A stretch of DNA of 64,000 bases, from positions 16,696 to 80,695 of the forward strand of contig SLKT01000040.1 in NCBI GenBank assembly GCA_007134485.1, read 5' to 3'. This stretch comes from Wenzhouxiangella sp. Lineage in GTDB: Bacteria; Pseudomonadota; Gammaproteobacteria; Xanthomonadales; Wenzhouxiangellaceae. Every line of letters starts with the position of its first letter. Position 1 is the stretch's first letter. Of this stretch, positions 36,127-48,690 are shown one piece after another. The position numbers were made by a program, and so were the translations under genes. The notes beneath the pieces are model-generated. The model saw nothing but the letters and a program-made list of their open reading frames with translations, did not search any database and was not told the origin of the DNA.

Positions 36127-37222
36127 TCTGGTGACCTTGTTCTCCTGGGTTATTCGATTGCACCCGATGCCAGCCCGCCAGCATCAGCCCGACCACGACC
36201 AGGGCCAGCCAGAAATCATGCTCGCGAAAGGCCAGTCCGATCAGGAAAATCGGGCATATGATCAGCATGTTGACCAACCCGTACAAGATCAGCACCTGAG
36301 CGTGTGTCCAACCCGATGCGATCAGCCGCTGGTAGGCATGGGACCGATGTGGAGTATACCATTGCTCCCCTTTGCGCATCCTGTGCAACAGGGTGGCCGT
36401 GGCATCGACCACGAAAACCGCACATACAATCAGGCTGATCCAGATGCTGAATGCACCGCTGGTCGCGCCGTGCAAGGCAAGCCCGGCGATCACACCGCCA
36501 ACCAGCAAGGATCCTGAATCGCCCATGAAAACGCGCGCCGGGGGACGATTCCAGAATAGAAACCCAAAACAGGCGCCGGCCAGGCACCAAGCCACCGATG
36601 CCCCGAACCAGGCCTGTTCAAGGGCGAATGCCAAACCGAATGCAAGACCACACCAGGCCCCCTGCCCGGCTGCCAAGCCGTCCGAACCATCCATGAAATT
36701 ATGCAGGTTGATCATCCAGATCAACGCGATCACGGCCAGTGCCGTCCAGAGCCACCCGGCCTCGATGGCCAGATTGCCCAGATGAACCGCACTCGGCGCA
36801 CCCCACCACCAGACCACCAGCGCAGCGATCAGCAACTGGGCAGCCAGGCGCCACCTGACCCTGAGATCATGTCGGTCATCCAGCCAACCCAGCACCGTCA
36901 AGGCAATGGCCATCAATAACCATGCCCAGGCCTGTGGGAAATGCACCGACAGCAAAAGCATGGATACGCCTAGCCCCACAGCCATGGCGAGGCCACCACC
37001 GCGCGGCGTCGGCCGGGCATGCGAACGGCGCGCGTCCGGAAGGTCAACCAGCTCCCGGGCCAGAAGGTAGCGCCGCAGCGGCCAAACCATAATCACGGTC
37101 AGGAGCAAAGCTGCCACCGGCGCGAGCCAGATGATTGGTTCGACGATTGACTCGACGATTGGCTGAACAATCGGCTCAACAATCGGCTCAATAGTCGGGC
37201 CGCCGATCGAGCCTGCCATCAT
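36119..37222 (-). CDS. MraY/WecA-type polyprenyl-phosphate sugar-1-phosphate transferase (GT4, WbpL-like)
   Basis: RSHARPTPRGGG, GWLDD, NLHNFMDGSDG, FMGDSGS, HRSHAYQ; start placed at ATG 37222 overlapping lapB stop (ATGA). Confidence 0.9.
   Translation of the reverse strand: MMAGSIGGPTIEPIVEPIVQPIVESIVEPIIWLAPVAALLLTVIMVWPLRRYLLARELVDLPDARRSHARPTPRGGGLAMAVGLGVSMLLLSVHFPQAWAWLLMAIALTVLGWLDDRHDLRVRWRLAAQLLIAALVVWWWGAPSAVHLGNLAIEAGWLWTALAVIALIWMINLHNFMDGSDGLAAGQGAWCGLAFGLAFALEQAWFGASVAWCLAGACFGFLFWNRPPARVFMGDSGSLLVGGVIAGLALHGATSGAFSIWISLIVCAVFVVDATATLLHRMRKGEQWYTPHRSHAYQRLIASGWTHAQVLILYGLVNMLIICPIFLIGLAFREHDFWLALVVVGLMLAGWHRVQSNNPGEQGHQND
37136..37192 (-). repeat. Imperfect 12-bp in-frame tandem repeat encoding IEP-IVEP-IVQP-IVES-IVEP
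   Basis: ATTGAGCCG ATTGTTGAGCCG ATTGTTCAGCCA ATCGTCGAGTCA ATCGTCGAACCA on the minus strand. Confidence 0.85.
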
Positions 37223-38379
37223 TCGCCAAGCACGCCCGTGATCGCCCGCGTCGTGTTCCAGCGTCGGCAGCTCGGGCAAAGCCAGTGATAGGAACTGCCG
37301 CTGAAACCACAATGATTGCAGCGATAGCGTGGCTGCCCCTCGAGCAATCGCTGCATCAGGTCGCGAATCAGTTCCGGACCCACCTGATCCAGGCTGACAC
37401 CCTGGCGATTGAGCAAATCCATCAGATATTCCAGACCGCGCACCGTCGGCCGCCGGGCCAACTGCTCGAGCAGGTAATCAACGGCGGACTGAAGATTCTC
37501 TTCGGCCTTGAGGCGGGCCAGTGTCAACACCGGCGTGGTCAGCTTGCTGTGCTCGGCCAGCCCGGCGAGCCACTCGCGCAGTTCGTCCAGCGCACCCGTG
37601 TACTGATGACACTCGACGATGCGATCGAGTACCTGGATGGCACAGTCACCCTCGATTTCGCAGGCATCACGGTAGTGGCTGGCCGCCGTCTCCCAGTCCT
37701 GCAGCTGCCAGGCCAGATCCCCTTGCAACAGACGGGCTCGCGGATTTCTGGGGTCATGATGGCGAGCCTGACGTAGAAGCTGGAGTACCCGGTCATGATT
37801 CCCGGCCTTGAGCTCCTGACAGGCCATCTCGCAGTGAAACTGTGCAATCAGGGCGTGACGGTCGACATTGTCGCCCTGCAAGTGCCGAGCCTTGTCGATC
37901 GCCTTCTCCCAGTCCTTTTCCTGCTGATAGATGTCAAGCAACTGCCGAGTGGGAACCTGAGCGCGCGGATCATGCTCGAGCAATTCACTGAACAAGCGTT
38001 CGGCACGATCCAGGAGCCCGGCACGCATGTAGTCCTCTCCCAGCTCGTAGAGCGCCTGGGAACGCTGCTCATCGGTCAAGGAAGGGCGTGAAATAATGTG
38101 CTTGTGAAACCGGATGGCCTTGTCCATCTCGCCCCTGCGGCGAAACAGATTGCCCAGGGCCAGGTGCGTTTCCACGGTATCGCGGTTGATTTCAGCGATC
38201 TCCAGGAATACTTCGATGGCCTTGTCCGGTTGCTCATTGAGCAGGTAGTTCAGCCCGCGGAAGTAGTTGCTGGAAAGCACCTTCTGACGCCGCCGCGTCG
38301 AGCCATGATATCGACCGATCCACCACCCACCTGCTGCAGCCAACGGCAGAAGTACGAGGACAAGCGCCAGCTCAAACAT
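37219..38379 (-). CDS. lapB: LPS assembly protein B (YciM)
   Basis: N-terminal TM, YFRGLNYLLNEQPDKAI, TPRs, C-terminal CNHCG...CPSC. Confidence 0.96.
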   Translation of the reverse strand: MFELALVLVLLPLAAAGGWWIGRYHGSTRRRQKVLSSNYFRGLNYLLNEQPDKAIEVFLEIAEINRDTVETHLALGNLFRRRGEMDKAIRFHKHIISRPSLTDEQRSQALYELGEDYMRAGLLDRAERLFSELLEHDPRAQVPTRQLLDIYQQEKDWEKAIDKARHLQGDNVDRHALIAQFHCEMACQELKAGNHDRVLQLLRQARHHDPRNPRARLLQGDLAWQLQDWETAASHYRDACEIEGDCAIQVLDRIVECHQYTGALDELREWLAGLAEHSKLTTPVLTLARLKAEENLQSAVDYLLEQLARRPTVRGLEYLMDLLNRQGVSLDQVGPELIRDLMQRLLEGQPRYRCNHCGFSGSSYHWLCPSCRRWNTTRAITGVLGE

Positions 38380-38638
38380 TGTCGCCGGATAGCTCGGAAC
38401 CCTTCTTGGCTTTCTTGCGACCGTGGCGTACCCGCCAAGGCAAGTGGAAAATGACCAGGTAAATCAACAGTCCGGCAATGACGCCAATCGCGAAAACCAG
38501 CATCAGCAGCCCGCCCAGGCTCAGTGAGAACTCCAGACCGGGAAGGTAGACATTGACCGATTGCGGGTTCATCACACCGATGACCAGGCCAATGATGATG
38601 CCGAACAAACAGCCGAGCAGGACCAACCAGCGAAACAT
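38372..38638 (-). CDS. lapA: LPS assembly protein A
   Basis: Two TM segments with NPQSV; between ihfB and lapB. Confidence 0.8.
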   Translation of the reverse strand: MFRWLVLLGCLFGIIIGLVIGVMNPQSVNVYLPGLEFSLSLGGLLMLVFAIGVIAGLLIYLVIFHLPWRVRHGRKKAKKGSELSGDNV

Positions 38639-38671
38639 CAGCGCTCCATTTGCCTGGTCAGATACGATGAC

Positions 38672-38956
38672 CTACGCGCGGTTGTTGACCCGCTCGCGCA
38701 GGGCCTTGCCGGGCTTGAAGTGTGGCACATACTTGCCGGGCAGAGCAACGGGGTCGCCGGTCTTGGGGTTGCGACCCATACGTGGGGGGCGAAAGTGAAG
38801 GGAAAAGCTGCCAAAGCCACGAATCTCGATGCGCTCGCCTTCGGCCAGAGCCCGGCTGAGCTGTTCCAGTATGGATCGAACCGCCAGCTCGACATCAGCC
38901 TGGCTGAGGTGAGTCTGGTCGGCGGCCAGTCGCTCGATCAATTCGGATTTGGTCAT
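38672..38956 (-). CDS. ihfB: Integration host factor beta
   Basis: [38 protein letters not shown]. Confidence 0.98.
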   Translation of the reverse strand: MTKSELIERLAADQTHLSQADVELAVRSILEQLSRALAEGERIEIRGFGSFSLHFRPPRMGRNPKTGDPVALPGKYVPHFKPGKALRERVNNRA

Positions 38957-38975
38957 CACACTATCCCCTGAAAAT

Positions 38976-39007
38976 TGAACCGGCGCCCAGATCTGGACAC
39001 CGGTTCA
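38976..39007 (-). terminator. Long hairpin between rpsA and ihfB (terminator or processing site)
   Basis: TGAACCGGTGTCCAG-AT-CTGGGCGCCGGTTCA with two G:U pairs, followed by ATTTT on the minus strand. Confidence 0.7.
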
Positions 39008-39019
39008 TGGTCTTTGGCA

Positions 39020-40693
39020 TCAGTCTTTGCCAAGTTGCTCCTTGAGCAGGTCCCCAAGGGAAGTACCTGAAGTACCACCACCTCGGGACTTGTACTGGTC
39101 GAGCGCCTCGGCCAGTTCCGCGTCATCCTTGGCGCGAACCGAAAGGGTCAGGTTGCGGGTCTTTCGATCCAGGGCCACGAACTTGGCCTCGATCTCGTCT
39201 CCCTCGGAGACCACCTTGGTGGCATCCTCGACACGCTCCTTGGCCAGATCGGCCGCCTTGATGTAGCCATCGACACCATCGGCCAGTTCGACCACCGCAC
39301 CGCGCGGATCAACCGACTTGATCTTGCCGTTGACAATCGAACCTCGCGGATGCTCGGCCATGTAGGTGGCGAATGGATCCTGTTCGAGCTGCTTGATGCC
39401 GAGCGAAATGCGCTCACGCTCCGGGTCCACGGCCAGCACCACCGCTTCGACTTCCTCACCCTTGCGGAAATTGCGAATGGCATCTTCTCCAGGGGTCATC
39501 CAGGAGATATCGGACAGGTGAACCAGGCCGTCGATGCCGCCGTCCAGGCCAATGAAGATGCCGAAATCGGTAATCGACTTGATCGCACCGCTGACCTTGT
39601 CGCCCTTGTTATGCGTGGCGGCAAAGGCTTCCCAGGGATTGGGCGTGCACTGCTTCATGCCAAGCGAGATGCGTCGGCGCTCCTCGTCGACATCCAGCAC
39701 CATGACCTCGACTTCCTGGCCAACATGCACCACCTTGGCCGGATTGACGTTCTTGTTGGTCCAGTCCATTTCCGAGACGTGCACCAGGCCCTCGACGCCG
39801 TCCTCGATCTCGACGAAACAACCGTAGTCGGTGATGTTGGTGACCTTGCCGAACAGACGCGAAGTCGGCGGATAACGGCGGTCGATATTGCTCCAGGGAT
39901 CGTCGCCCAGTTGCTTGAGACCCAGCGAAACACGCATGCGCTCGCGATCGAAACGCAACACGCGCACTTCCAGTTCGTCGCCGACTTCGACCACTTCGGA
40001 GGGGTGACGGACCCGCTTCCAGGCCATGTCGGTGATATGCAGCAGGCCATCGATGCCACCCAGATCCAGGAACGCGCCGTAATCGGTCAGATTCTTGACC
40101 ACGCCCTTGACCACCGCACCTTCATTGAGGCGCTCGATGAGATCGTCACGCTCGGCGGCATACTCGTGTTCGACCACGGCGCGGCGGCTGACGACCAGGT
40201 TGTTGCGTCGACGATCAAGCTTGATGATCTTGAATTCGAGATCCTTGCCTTCCAGGTAGCCGGGATCGCGCACCGGGCGCACATCGACCAGCGAGCCGGG
40301 CAGGAAGGCGCGAATGCCATCGATATTGACGGTGAATCCGCCCTTGACCTTGCCGGTGATCTGACCGATGACGTTTTCCTCGGCCTCGAACACCTTCTCC
40401 AGGGTGGTCCAGACACGAGAGCGCTTGGCCTTTTCACGCGACAGGCGGGTTTCGCCGAAACCGTCCTCGACGGCATCCAGTGAAACCTCGACCTCGTCAC
40501 CGACTTCCACTTCGAGTTCGCCATCCGGCTTCTCGAACTGATGGATGGGCACGATGCCCTCGGACTTGAGGCCGGCATTGATGACGACGACATCGTCACG
40601 AATCTCGACAACCCTGCCCATGACGATCGCACCGGGGCGAAGGTCCTTTTCGGACAGGCTCTGTTCAAATAGTTCTGCAAAAGTTTCGGTCAT
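39020..40693 (-). CDS. rpsA: 30S ribosomal protein S1
   Basis: [10 protein letters not shown], six S1 repeats ([28 protein letters not shown]); 557 aa from ATG 40693. Confidence 0.99.
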   Translation of the reverse strand: MTETFAELFEQSLSEKDLRPGAIVMGRVVEIRDDVVVINAGLKSEGIVPIHQFEKPDGELEVEVGDEVEVSLDAVEDGFGETRLSREKAKRSRVWTTLEKVFEAEENVIGQITGKVKGGFTVNIDGIRAFLPGSLVDVRPVRDPGYLEGKDLEFKIIKLDRRRNNLVVSRRAVVEHEYAAERDDLIERLNEGAVVKGVVKNLTDYGAFLDLGGIDGLLHITDMAWKRVRHPSEVVEVGDELEVRVLRFDRERMRVSLGLKQLGDDPWSNIDRRYPPTSRLFGKVTNITDYGCFVEIEDGVEGLVHVSEMDWTNKNVNPAKVVHVGQEVEVMVLDVDEERRRISLGMKQCTPNPWEAFAATHNKGDKVSGAIKSITDFGIFIGLDGGIDGLVHLSDISWMTPGEDAIRNFRKGEEVEAVVLAVDPERERISLGIKQLEQDPFATYMAEHPRGSIVNGKIKSVDPRGAVVELADGVDGYIKAADLAKERVEDATKVVSEGDEIEAKFVALDRKTRNLTLSVRAKDDAELAEALDQYKSRGGGTSGTSLGDLLKEQLGKD

Positions 40694-40800
40694 TACGCTA
40701 GGTTCATCCTGCAAGATCTGCGCGAGCTGTGCGTTCAATTGCGCGTTTCTCTTTTCATCATCTGCACCCGTTCAAGCGAGCGCTCGTTCAACAAATGCCC

Positions 40801-40824
40801 GCTTCCATGTCCAGACATGGAAGC
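40801..40824. promoter_or_regulatory. 11-bp perfect inverted repeat in the cmk-rpsA spacer
   Basis: GCTTCCATGTC-CA-GACATGGAAGC. Confidence 0.6.
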
Positions 40825-40844
40825 CGGCGGCTCATGAATTCATT

Positions 40845-41567
40845 TCACGTCCCCGACGAGTCAACGCGTCGCTGAACCTCGTCAAGCACGCGATTGACGA
40901 CCTGTTCGAGTGTCAGCCGGGTCGAATCGATCACCACGGCATCATCGGCAGCCACCGTCGGCGACACCGCTCGTTCGCGGTCGCGCCGGTCGCGCGCCTC
41001 AAGGTCGCGAAAAAGACGGAGAAATTTAACACTTTCTCCTTTTTCTTTCAACTGTTTATATCGCCGATTTGCCCTTTCCTCGACGCTGGCGTCCAGAAAA
41101 ATCTTGATCGGCGCATCGGGAAAGACCACCGTGCCCATGTCGCGACCGTCGGCAACCAGGCCCGGAGGCCGTCGAAAACCACGCTGCAGATCGAGCAATG
41201 CTGCCCTGACGGCGGGCAATACAGCGACTTTCGAGCTCATCGCGCTGACCGACTCGGTGCGCAGGCGATCATCAACGGCACGGCCATCCAGAAACACCAG
41301 AATGCCGTTGTCACCGGCCTCGAACTGCAAGTCCAGCGATTCGCATAGACTCACCAACCCGGCCTCGTCGTCCGCCTTAAGGCCTTTTTCCAGCGCGGCA
41401 GCCGCGACGGCCCGGTAGACTGCTCCCGAGTCAAGCACATGCCAGTCCAGTGCCCGGGCCACCCGTGCCGACACCGAGCCCTTGCCCACACCGGAAGGCC
41501 CATCAATGGTCAGGACGGGAGCCTTTTCTCGAGTCCCGAGTCCCGAGTCCCGAGTCCCGGCCATCAT
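40845..41567 (-). CDS. cmk: Cytidylate kinase
   Basis: TIDGPSGVGKG, LDSGAVYR, VADGRDMGTVVFPDA, FLDASVEERANRR; start at ATG 41567 overlapping aroA stop. Confidence 0.96.
   Translation of the reverse strand: MMAGTRDSGLGTREKAPVLTIDGPSGVGKGSVSARVARALDWHVLDSGAVYRAVAAAALEKGLKADDEAGLVSLCESLDLQFEAGDNGILVFLDGRAVDDRLRTESVSAMSSKVAVLPAVRAALLDLQRGFRRPPGLVADGRDMGTVVFPDAPIKIFLDASVEERANRRYKQLKEKGESVKFLRLFRDLEARDRRDRERAVSPTVAADDAVVIDSTRLTLEQVVNRVLDEVQRRVDSSGT
41531..41558 (-). repeat. (GGGACTC)4 heptamer tandem repeat, G-quadruplex pattern, inside the cmk 5' coding region
   Basis: GAGTCCC x4 on plus strand; GGG-ACTC-GGG-ACTC-GGG-ACTC-GGG on the mRNA strand. Confidence 0.9.
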
Positions 41568-42859
41568 ACCCACTCCATTTCCGCGCCCAGGGCGCGCATG
41601 TCGTCGACGAATCCCGGATAGCTGGTGCGAATCCACTCGGCATTGTCGATGATCACCGGCGAGTCAGCCACCAGGCCGAGCACGGCCAGGCTCATGGCAA
41701 TGCGGTGATCGCCACCACTGTCCACCTGTCCACCCCGTATGCGACCACCATGGATCAGCGCGCCATCGGCGCTCTCCTCGAGCTCAACGCCCAGCCTGGC
41801 CAATTGCCCGCACATGACCGCCAGACGATCGGACTCCTTGACCCGCAACTCGGCCGCGCCCTGGATTCGGGTACGATCGGCGGCAACGGCCGACAGCGCC
41901 ATGATGACCGGAAACTCATCGATCGACAGCGGCACCCATTCCATCGGCACATCAATGCCGACCAGCTCGCTGTCGCGCACATCGAGACCACCAACCGGCT
42001 CACCGCCCAGATCCTCGCCCAGGGCGATTTCAAGGCGCCCGCCCATGGCTTGCAGAATGCGAATGACCCCATCGCGGGTTGGATTGAGACCGACATTGTC
42101 GATGCGGATCTCCGATCCGGGCACCAGCAGGCCCGCCGCGATCACGAATGCCGCGGCACTGAGATCGCCGGGAACATGAAAATCACCGCCGTGCAAAACC
42201 TGCCCCCCGGATACCCCGATTCCCGGCTGGCCATCATGAAGCCCGGCGCCGAAGGCCGGCAGCAGGCGTTCGGTATGGTCACGGCTGGGCCCGGGTTCGA
42301 TCACCACCGTATTGCCCTCGGCAGCCAGGCCGGCCAGCAGAATGGCGGACTTGACCTGGGCGCTGGCGACCGGTAACTGGTAGCGAATACCGGTCAGTGT
42401 TCGCGGACTCAATTTCAGGGGCGCATGGCCCTGGTCCGACTCGATCATCGCACCCATGCCAGTCAATGGCTTGATGATGCGCGCCATCGGACGGCTCGAC
42501 AACGAGTGATCGCCGATCAGCTCCAGCGTCGAACCGAACAATTCACCTCGCCCGGCCAATGCCCCGCACAGCAGGCGCATGCCGGTGCCCGAATTGCCCA
42601 GATCAAGCGGTCCCTCCGGAGCCTTCAGGGGACCGGGATCGATCACGATTTCATCATCGCGATCCTCGATTCGAGCGCCCAGGGCGCCCATGGCGTTGAG
42701 CGTGGCCCGGGTGTCGGCACTGTCAAGAAACCCGGTCACCCGGGTGCGACTGCGCGCGAGTCCACCGAGAATCGCCAGTCGATGCGAAATCGACTTGTCT
42801 CCCGGCGGGACATAGGCACCCTTCAGGGGAGTATCGGCTGGCGCTACTCGCAATTTCAT
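41564..42859 (-). CDS. aroA: EPSP synthase
   Basis: PGDKSISHR, LGNSGT, ASAQVKS, SRDHTE, LRVKESDR, DHRIAM. Confidence 0.98.
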   Translation of the reverse strand: MKLRVAPADTPLKGAYVPPGDKSISHRLAILGGLARSRTRVTGFLDSADTRATLNAMGALGARIEDRDDEIVIDPGPLKAPEGPLDLGNSGTGMRLLCGALAGRGELFGSTLELIGDHSLSSRPMARIIKPLTGMGAMIESDQGHAPLKLSPRTLTGIRYQLPVASAQVKSAILLAGLAAEGNTVVIEPGPSRDHTERLLPAFGAGLHDGQPGIGVSGGQVLHGGDFHVPGDLSAAAFVIAAGLLVPGSEIRIDNVGLNPTRDGVIRILQAMGGRLEIALGEDLGGEPVGGLDVRDSELVGIDVPMEWVPLSIDEFPVIMALSAVAADRTRIQGAAELRVKESDRLAVMCGQLARLGVELEESADGALIHGGRIRGGQVDSGGDHRIAMSLAVLGLVADSPVIIDNAEWIRTSYPGFVDDMRALGAEMEWV

Positions 42860-43980
42860 TGACCAAGGACCTGCCTGAGCGCGGCCAGTACGCGTTCATT
42901 CTGCGCCGGTGTGCCAATGGTGATGCGCAGATAATTATCGAGGCCGTAGTTGCCGACCGGGCGAACGATCACGCCCTGGCGCAAGAGCTTTTCATTGAGC
43001 TCATCGCCACTGGTCTCGAATTCGGCCAGCACGAAATTGGCCGCCGACGGAATCACTCCGGCGCCCATGGCCTCGAGCCCCGAACGCAGCAACTTCATGC
43101 CCTCGGCATTGATCGTTCTGCTGCGGGCAATGAAGTCATGATCGTCGAGGGCGGCCCGAGCGGCGGTCAGGGCCAGTGCATTGACGTTGAAGGCCGGGCG
43201 TACGCGGTTGAGCAGGTCGGCAATACCCGGGTTGGACAGCGCATAACCGATGCGCAGGCCCGCCAGGCCATAGGCCTTGGAAAAGGTCCGGGTCACGACC
43301 AGGTTGGGAAACTCCTCCAGCCAGGTCGAGGCATCGCCAAGGCGGTCCCCTTCGGCATATTCCGTATAGGCCTCGTCGACCACGCAGATGACATGCCCCG
43401 GCAATGAACCGACAAAGTCCTTCAGGCGCTGACCGTCCAGCCAGGTGCCGGTGGGATTGTTGGGATTGGCGACAAATACCAGCCGGGTCTCGGGTCCGAC
43501 CCGTTGATACAGCGCCCTGAGGTCATGGCCCAACGGCATGGCATGATCGCGCGGCAGGGCCGGGGCAACCTGCGCGGTGGCGCCGACCATCTGGGTGGCG
43601 ATGGGATAGACCGCGAAGCAGTACTGCGAAAACACCGCCTCCAGACCGGGCTGGAGAAACGCCTGGGCGAGAAACACCAGCACATCGTTGGAGCCGTTGC
43701 CCAGGGTGATGCAGGCCGGGTCGACGGCATGTCTGGCCGCCAGTGCCTGCTTGAGTTCGAAGCCATTGGCGTCCGGATACAGCCATAGATCATCGAGCTC
43801 TCCGGCAATCGCCGCGAGCGCCTTCGGACTGGCGCCGAGCGGATTCTCGTTGGAGGCCAACTTGATCGAATCGCTCACCCCGTATTCGCGCTCAAGTTCG
43901 GAAATCGGCTTGCCGGGCGTATAGGGCATGAGTTCACGAACACCGGGCACGGCCAGTTCACTGTAGTCGTAATTCTTCAT
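42856..43980 (-). CDS. hisC: Histidinol-phosphate aminotransferase
   Basis: YTPGKP, KLASNENPLG, NPNNPTG, DEAY, RTFSKAYGLAGLRIGY. Confidence 0.95.
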   Translation of the reverse strand: MKNYDYSELAVPGVRELMPYTPGKPISELEREYGVSDSIKLASNENPLGASPKALAAIAGELDDLWLYPDANGFELKQALAARHAVDPACITLGNGSNDVLVFLAQAFLQPGLEAVFSQYCFAVYPIATQMVGATAQVAPALPRDHAMPLGHDLRALYQRVGPETRLVFVANPNNPTGTWLDGQRLKDFVGSLPGHVICVVDEAYTEYAEGDRLGDASTWLEEFPNLVVTRTFSKAYGLAGLRIGYALSNPGIADLLNRVRPAFNVNALALTAARAALDDHDFIARSRTINAEGMKLLRSGLEAMGAGVIPSAANFVLAEFETSGDELNEKLLRQGVIVRPVGNYGLDNYLRITIGTPAQNERVLAALRQVLGQ

Positions 43981-43994
43981 GGCATCAGCTTGTT

Positions 43995-45149
43995 TCAGGG
44001 GGGCGGTGAATCGGAGGCTTCGCTGTCGGGAAGTCGACCCAGCACCGCCCGCGGATAGGATCCAAGCACCTTGACCAGGCGCGCCTCGCCATCGAGATCA
44101 GCCATGGCGGCTTTCAGTCCATCGTCTTCGACATGGCCGTCGACATCGATGAAGAATACGTAATCCCATCGCCCCTGCCGACTGGGCCGGGACTCGATGC
44201 GATTCATGTTGACCTGGTGGCGGGCCAGCGGTTCGAGCAGCTTGAACAGGGCGCCGGGACCATCGCGACCGGCCACCAGCAAGGTGGTCTTGTCATCGCC
44301 CGAGGGGGGCAGCAGATCACGGCCGAGCACCAGGAAACGGGTGGTGTTGTCGACGTGATCCTCGATGTTGGCAAACAGCACCGGCAGACCATAAACCTCG
44401 GCGGCGTGGCGACCGGCGATGGCGGCGGCATCGGGCGCGTGCCGGACCCGTCGGGCCGCCTCGGCGTTGCTGGACACCGGCACGGTCTCGGCCCGGGGCA
44501 GGTTGGCCGCCAGCCAGTGCTTGCACTGGGCCAGCGACTGGGGGTGGGAGTAGACCCGCTCGATGTCATCCAGGCGCCGGGCCCGGGTCAGCAGGTGCTG
44601 ATGGATGCGCATCTCGACCTCGGCGGCAATCTTGAGATCGGAATGCAGAAACATGTCCAGGGTGTGCGAGACAATGCCCTGGGTGGAGTTTTCGACCGGC
44701 ACCACGCCGAAATCGGCCTCGCCGGCCTGGACCTGCATGAAAACCTCTTCGATGCTCGGCTGGGCCAGGCCGTTGACCGAATGGCCGAACTGGCGATAAA
44801 CGGCTTGCTGGGTAAACGTGCCCTCGGGACCGAGATAGGCAATTCGCATCGGTTCCTGCTGGGCCAGGCAGGCGGACATGATCTCGCGAAACACCCTGAG
44901 CATCACCGCATCGCTCAACGGCCCTTCATTTCGCTCGATCACCTTCTTGAGCACCTGGGCTTCACGGTCGGGCCGATAGTAGGCAGCCGCGGCCTCCAGT
45001 TGTCCCTTGGCCCTGCGAACCGCAGCCGCCAGCTCCGCCCGCTCGGCAATCAGTTGCTGAATCTGCCGATCCAGCTCGTCAATACGCGCCCGGATCTCCG
45101 GCAACTCGAGATTGGCTTTGACCTGAACGGGTTTGTCAGACGCAGTCAA
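43995..45149 (-). CDS. pheA: Chorismate mutase / prephenate dehydratase (P-protein)
   Basis: RARIDELD, YRPDREAQV, LGPEGTFT, PVENSTQG, HPQSLAQC, NTTRF, IESRP; TTG start after GGAG. Confidence 0.96.
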   Translation of the reverse strand: MTASDKPVQVKANLELPEIRARIDELDRQIQQLIAERAELAAAVRRAKGQLEAAAAYYRPDREAQVLKKVIERNEGPLSDAVMLRVFREIMSACLAQQEPMRIAYLGPEGTFTQQAVYRQFGHSVNGLAQPSIEEVFMQVQAGEADFGVVPVENSTQGIVSHTLDMFLHSDLKIAAEVEMRIHQHLLTRARRLDDIERVYSHPQSLAQCKHWLAANLPRAETVPVSSNAEAARRVRHAPDAAAIAGRHAAEVYGLPVLFANIEDHVDNTTRFLVLGRDLLPPSGDDKTTLLVAGRDGPGALFKLLEPLARHQVNMNRIESRPSRQGRWDYVFFIDVDGHVEDDGLKAAMADLDGEARLVKVLGSYPRAVLGRLPDSEASDSPPP

Positions 45150-45168
45150 ACGACTTCTCCAGGGATCG

Positions 45169-45240
45169 GGGAGACGGGAGACGGGAGACGGGAGACGAAA
45201 ACCCTACCCTTGCTCGTCTTCCGTCTTCCGTCTTCCGTCT
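45169..45240. repeat. Paired heptamer arrays (GGGAGAC)4 and (CGTCTTC)3+, imperfect inverted repeat
   Basis: 45169-45196 and 45215-45240 in the serS-pheA spacer. Confidence 0.9.
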
Positions 45241-45245
45241 ATCCA

Positions 45246-47814
<2,569 letters not shown>

Positions 47815-47822
47815 TTATCCGG

Positions 47823-48689
47823 TCAGTCGTCGGTCCGCATCTGGTCGAAGTATCGGAAGAACTCCGAACGCGTATCCATCAGCATGACGTCCTTTTCGGT
47901 TCCGAAGCTCTTGTCGTAGGCTTCCAGGCTGCGCCAGAACGAATAGAATTCACGGTCGCGCTCGAAGGCCTCCGCGTAGATCTCGATGGCGCGGGCGTCA
48001 CCTTCACCACGCAGGCGCTGGGCATCTCGTTCGGCATCGGCGAGCAGCACACGCACCTGACGGTCAGCGTCAGCACGAATGCGCTCGGCCCGCTCGCGAC
48101 CGAGCGAGCGCAACTCGTTGGCAAACTCGGTTCGCTGGGTTTCCATTCGCTCGAACACGGAATTGAGGACCTCGTCGGTCAATTCGATCTTCTTGATCCG
48201 CACATCGATCACATCCAGACCGAAGTCCTGGAACCGTCGGTCGGCGCGAACGACCAGACCCTCCATCATCTCGCGACGCTGCTCCGAGACCACTTCACTG
48301 AGGGTTCGCTGGGCAAATTCATCGCGCAGGTCATTACGGATCAGCTGGCTCAGGCGCGCACGGGCAAACATCATGTCGCCCCCTTGCGTTGAAACATAGA
48401 ACTCACGCGGATCGGTAACTCGCCACTTGACGTAGTAGTCAACCTCGACGAACTTCTGCTCGGCAGTGTTCATCTGCTCCGGACGCATGTCCAGGGTAAT
48501 CATGCGCTTTTCGATCTTGTGCACGTTGTTGATGAACGGCATCTTGAAATGCAATCCCGGTTCATAGTCCGCGCGCACGACCTCTCCAAGGCGGAACTTG
48601 ATGGCGAACTCGGTCTCCTTGACCACGAATACGCTGTTGAGCCCGATGACCAGGGCCACGATGATGATGATCGGAATGAAAATTCTCAT
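47823..48689 (-). CDS. hflC: FtsH modulator HflC
   Basis: N-terminal TM, PGLHFKMP, SPFH domain, FYSFWRSLEAY; start moved to ATG 48689. Confidence 0.96.
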   Translation of the reverse strand: MRIFIPIIIIVALVIGLNSVFVVKETEFAIKFRLGEVVRADYEPGLHFKMPFINNVHKIEKRMITLDMRPEQMNTAEQKFVEVDYYVKWRVTDPREFYVSTQGGDMMFARARLSQLIRNDLRDEFAQRTLSEVVSEQRREMMEGLVVRADRRFQDFGLDVIDVRIKKIELTDEVLNSVFERMETQRTEFANELRSLGRERAERIRADADRQVRVLLADAERDAQRLRGEGDARAIEIYAEAFERDREFYSFWRSLEAYDKSFGTEKDVMLMDTRSEFFRYFDQMRTDD

Positions 48690-48690
48690 G

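Noticed and set aside
39350-40483. Long plus-strand ORFs opposite core genes (also 597-1634, 12170-13189, 29254-30462, 44133-45287, 46522-47919, 49957-51234, 52463-53878)
   Set aside because: Antisense shadows of high-GC3 genes; no motifs, and they fully overlap confident CDSs
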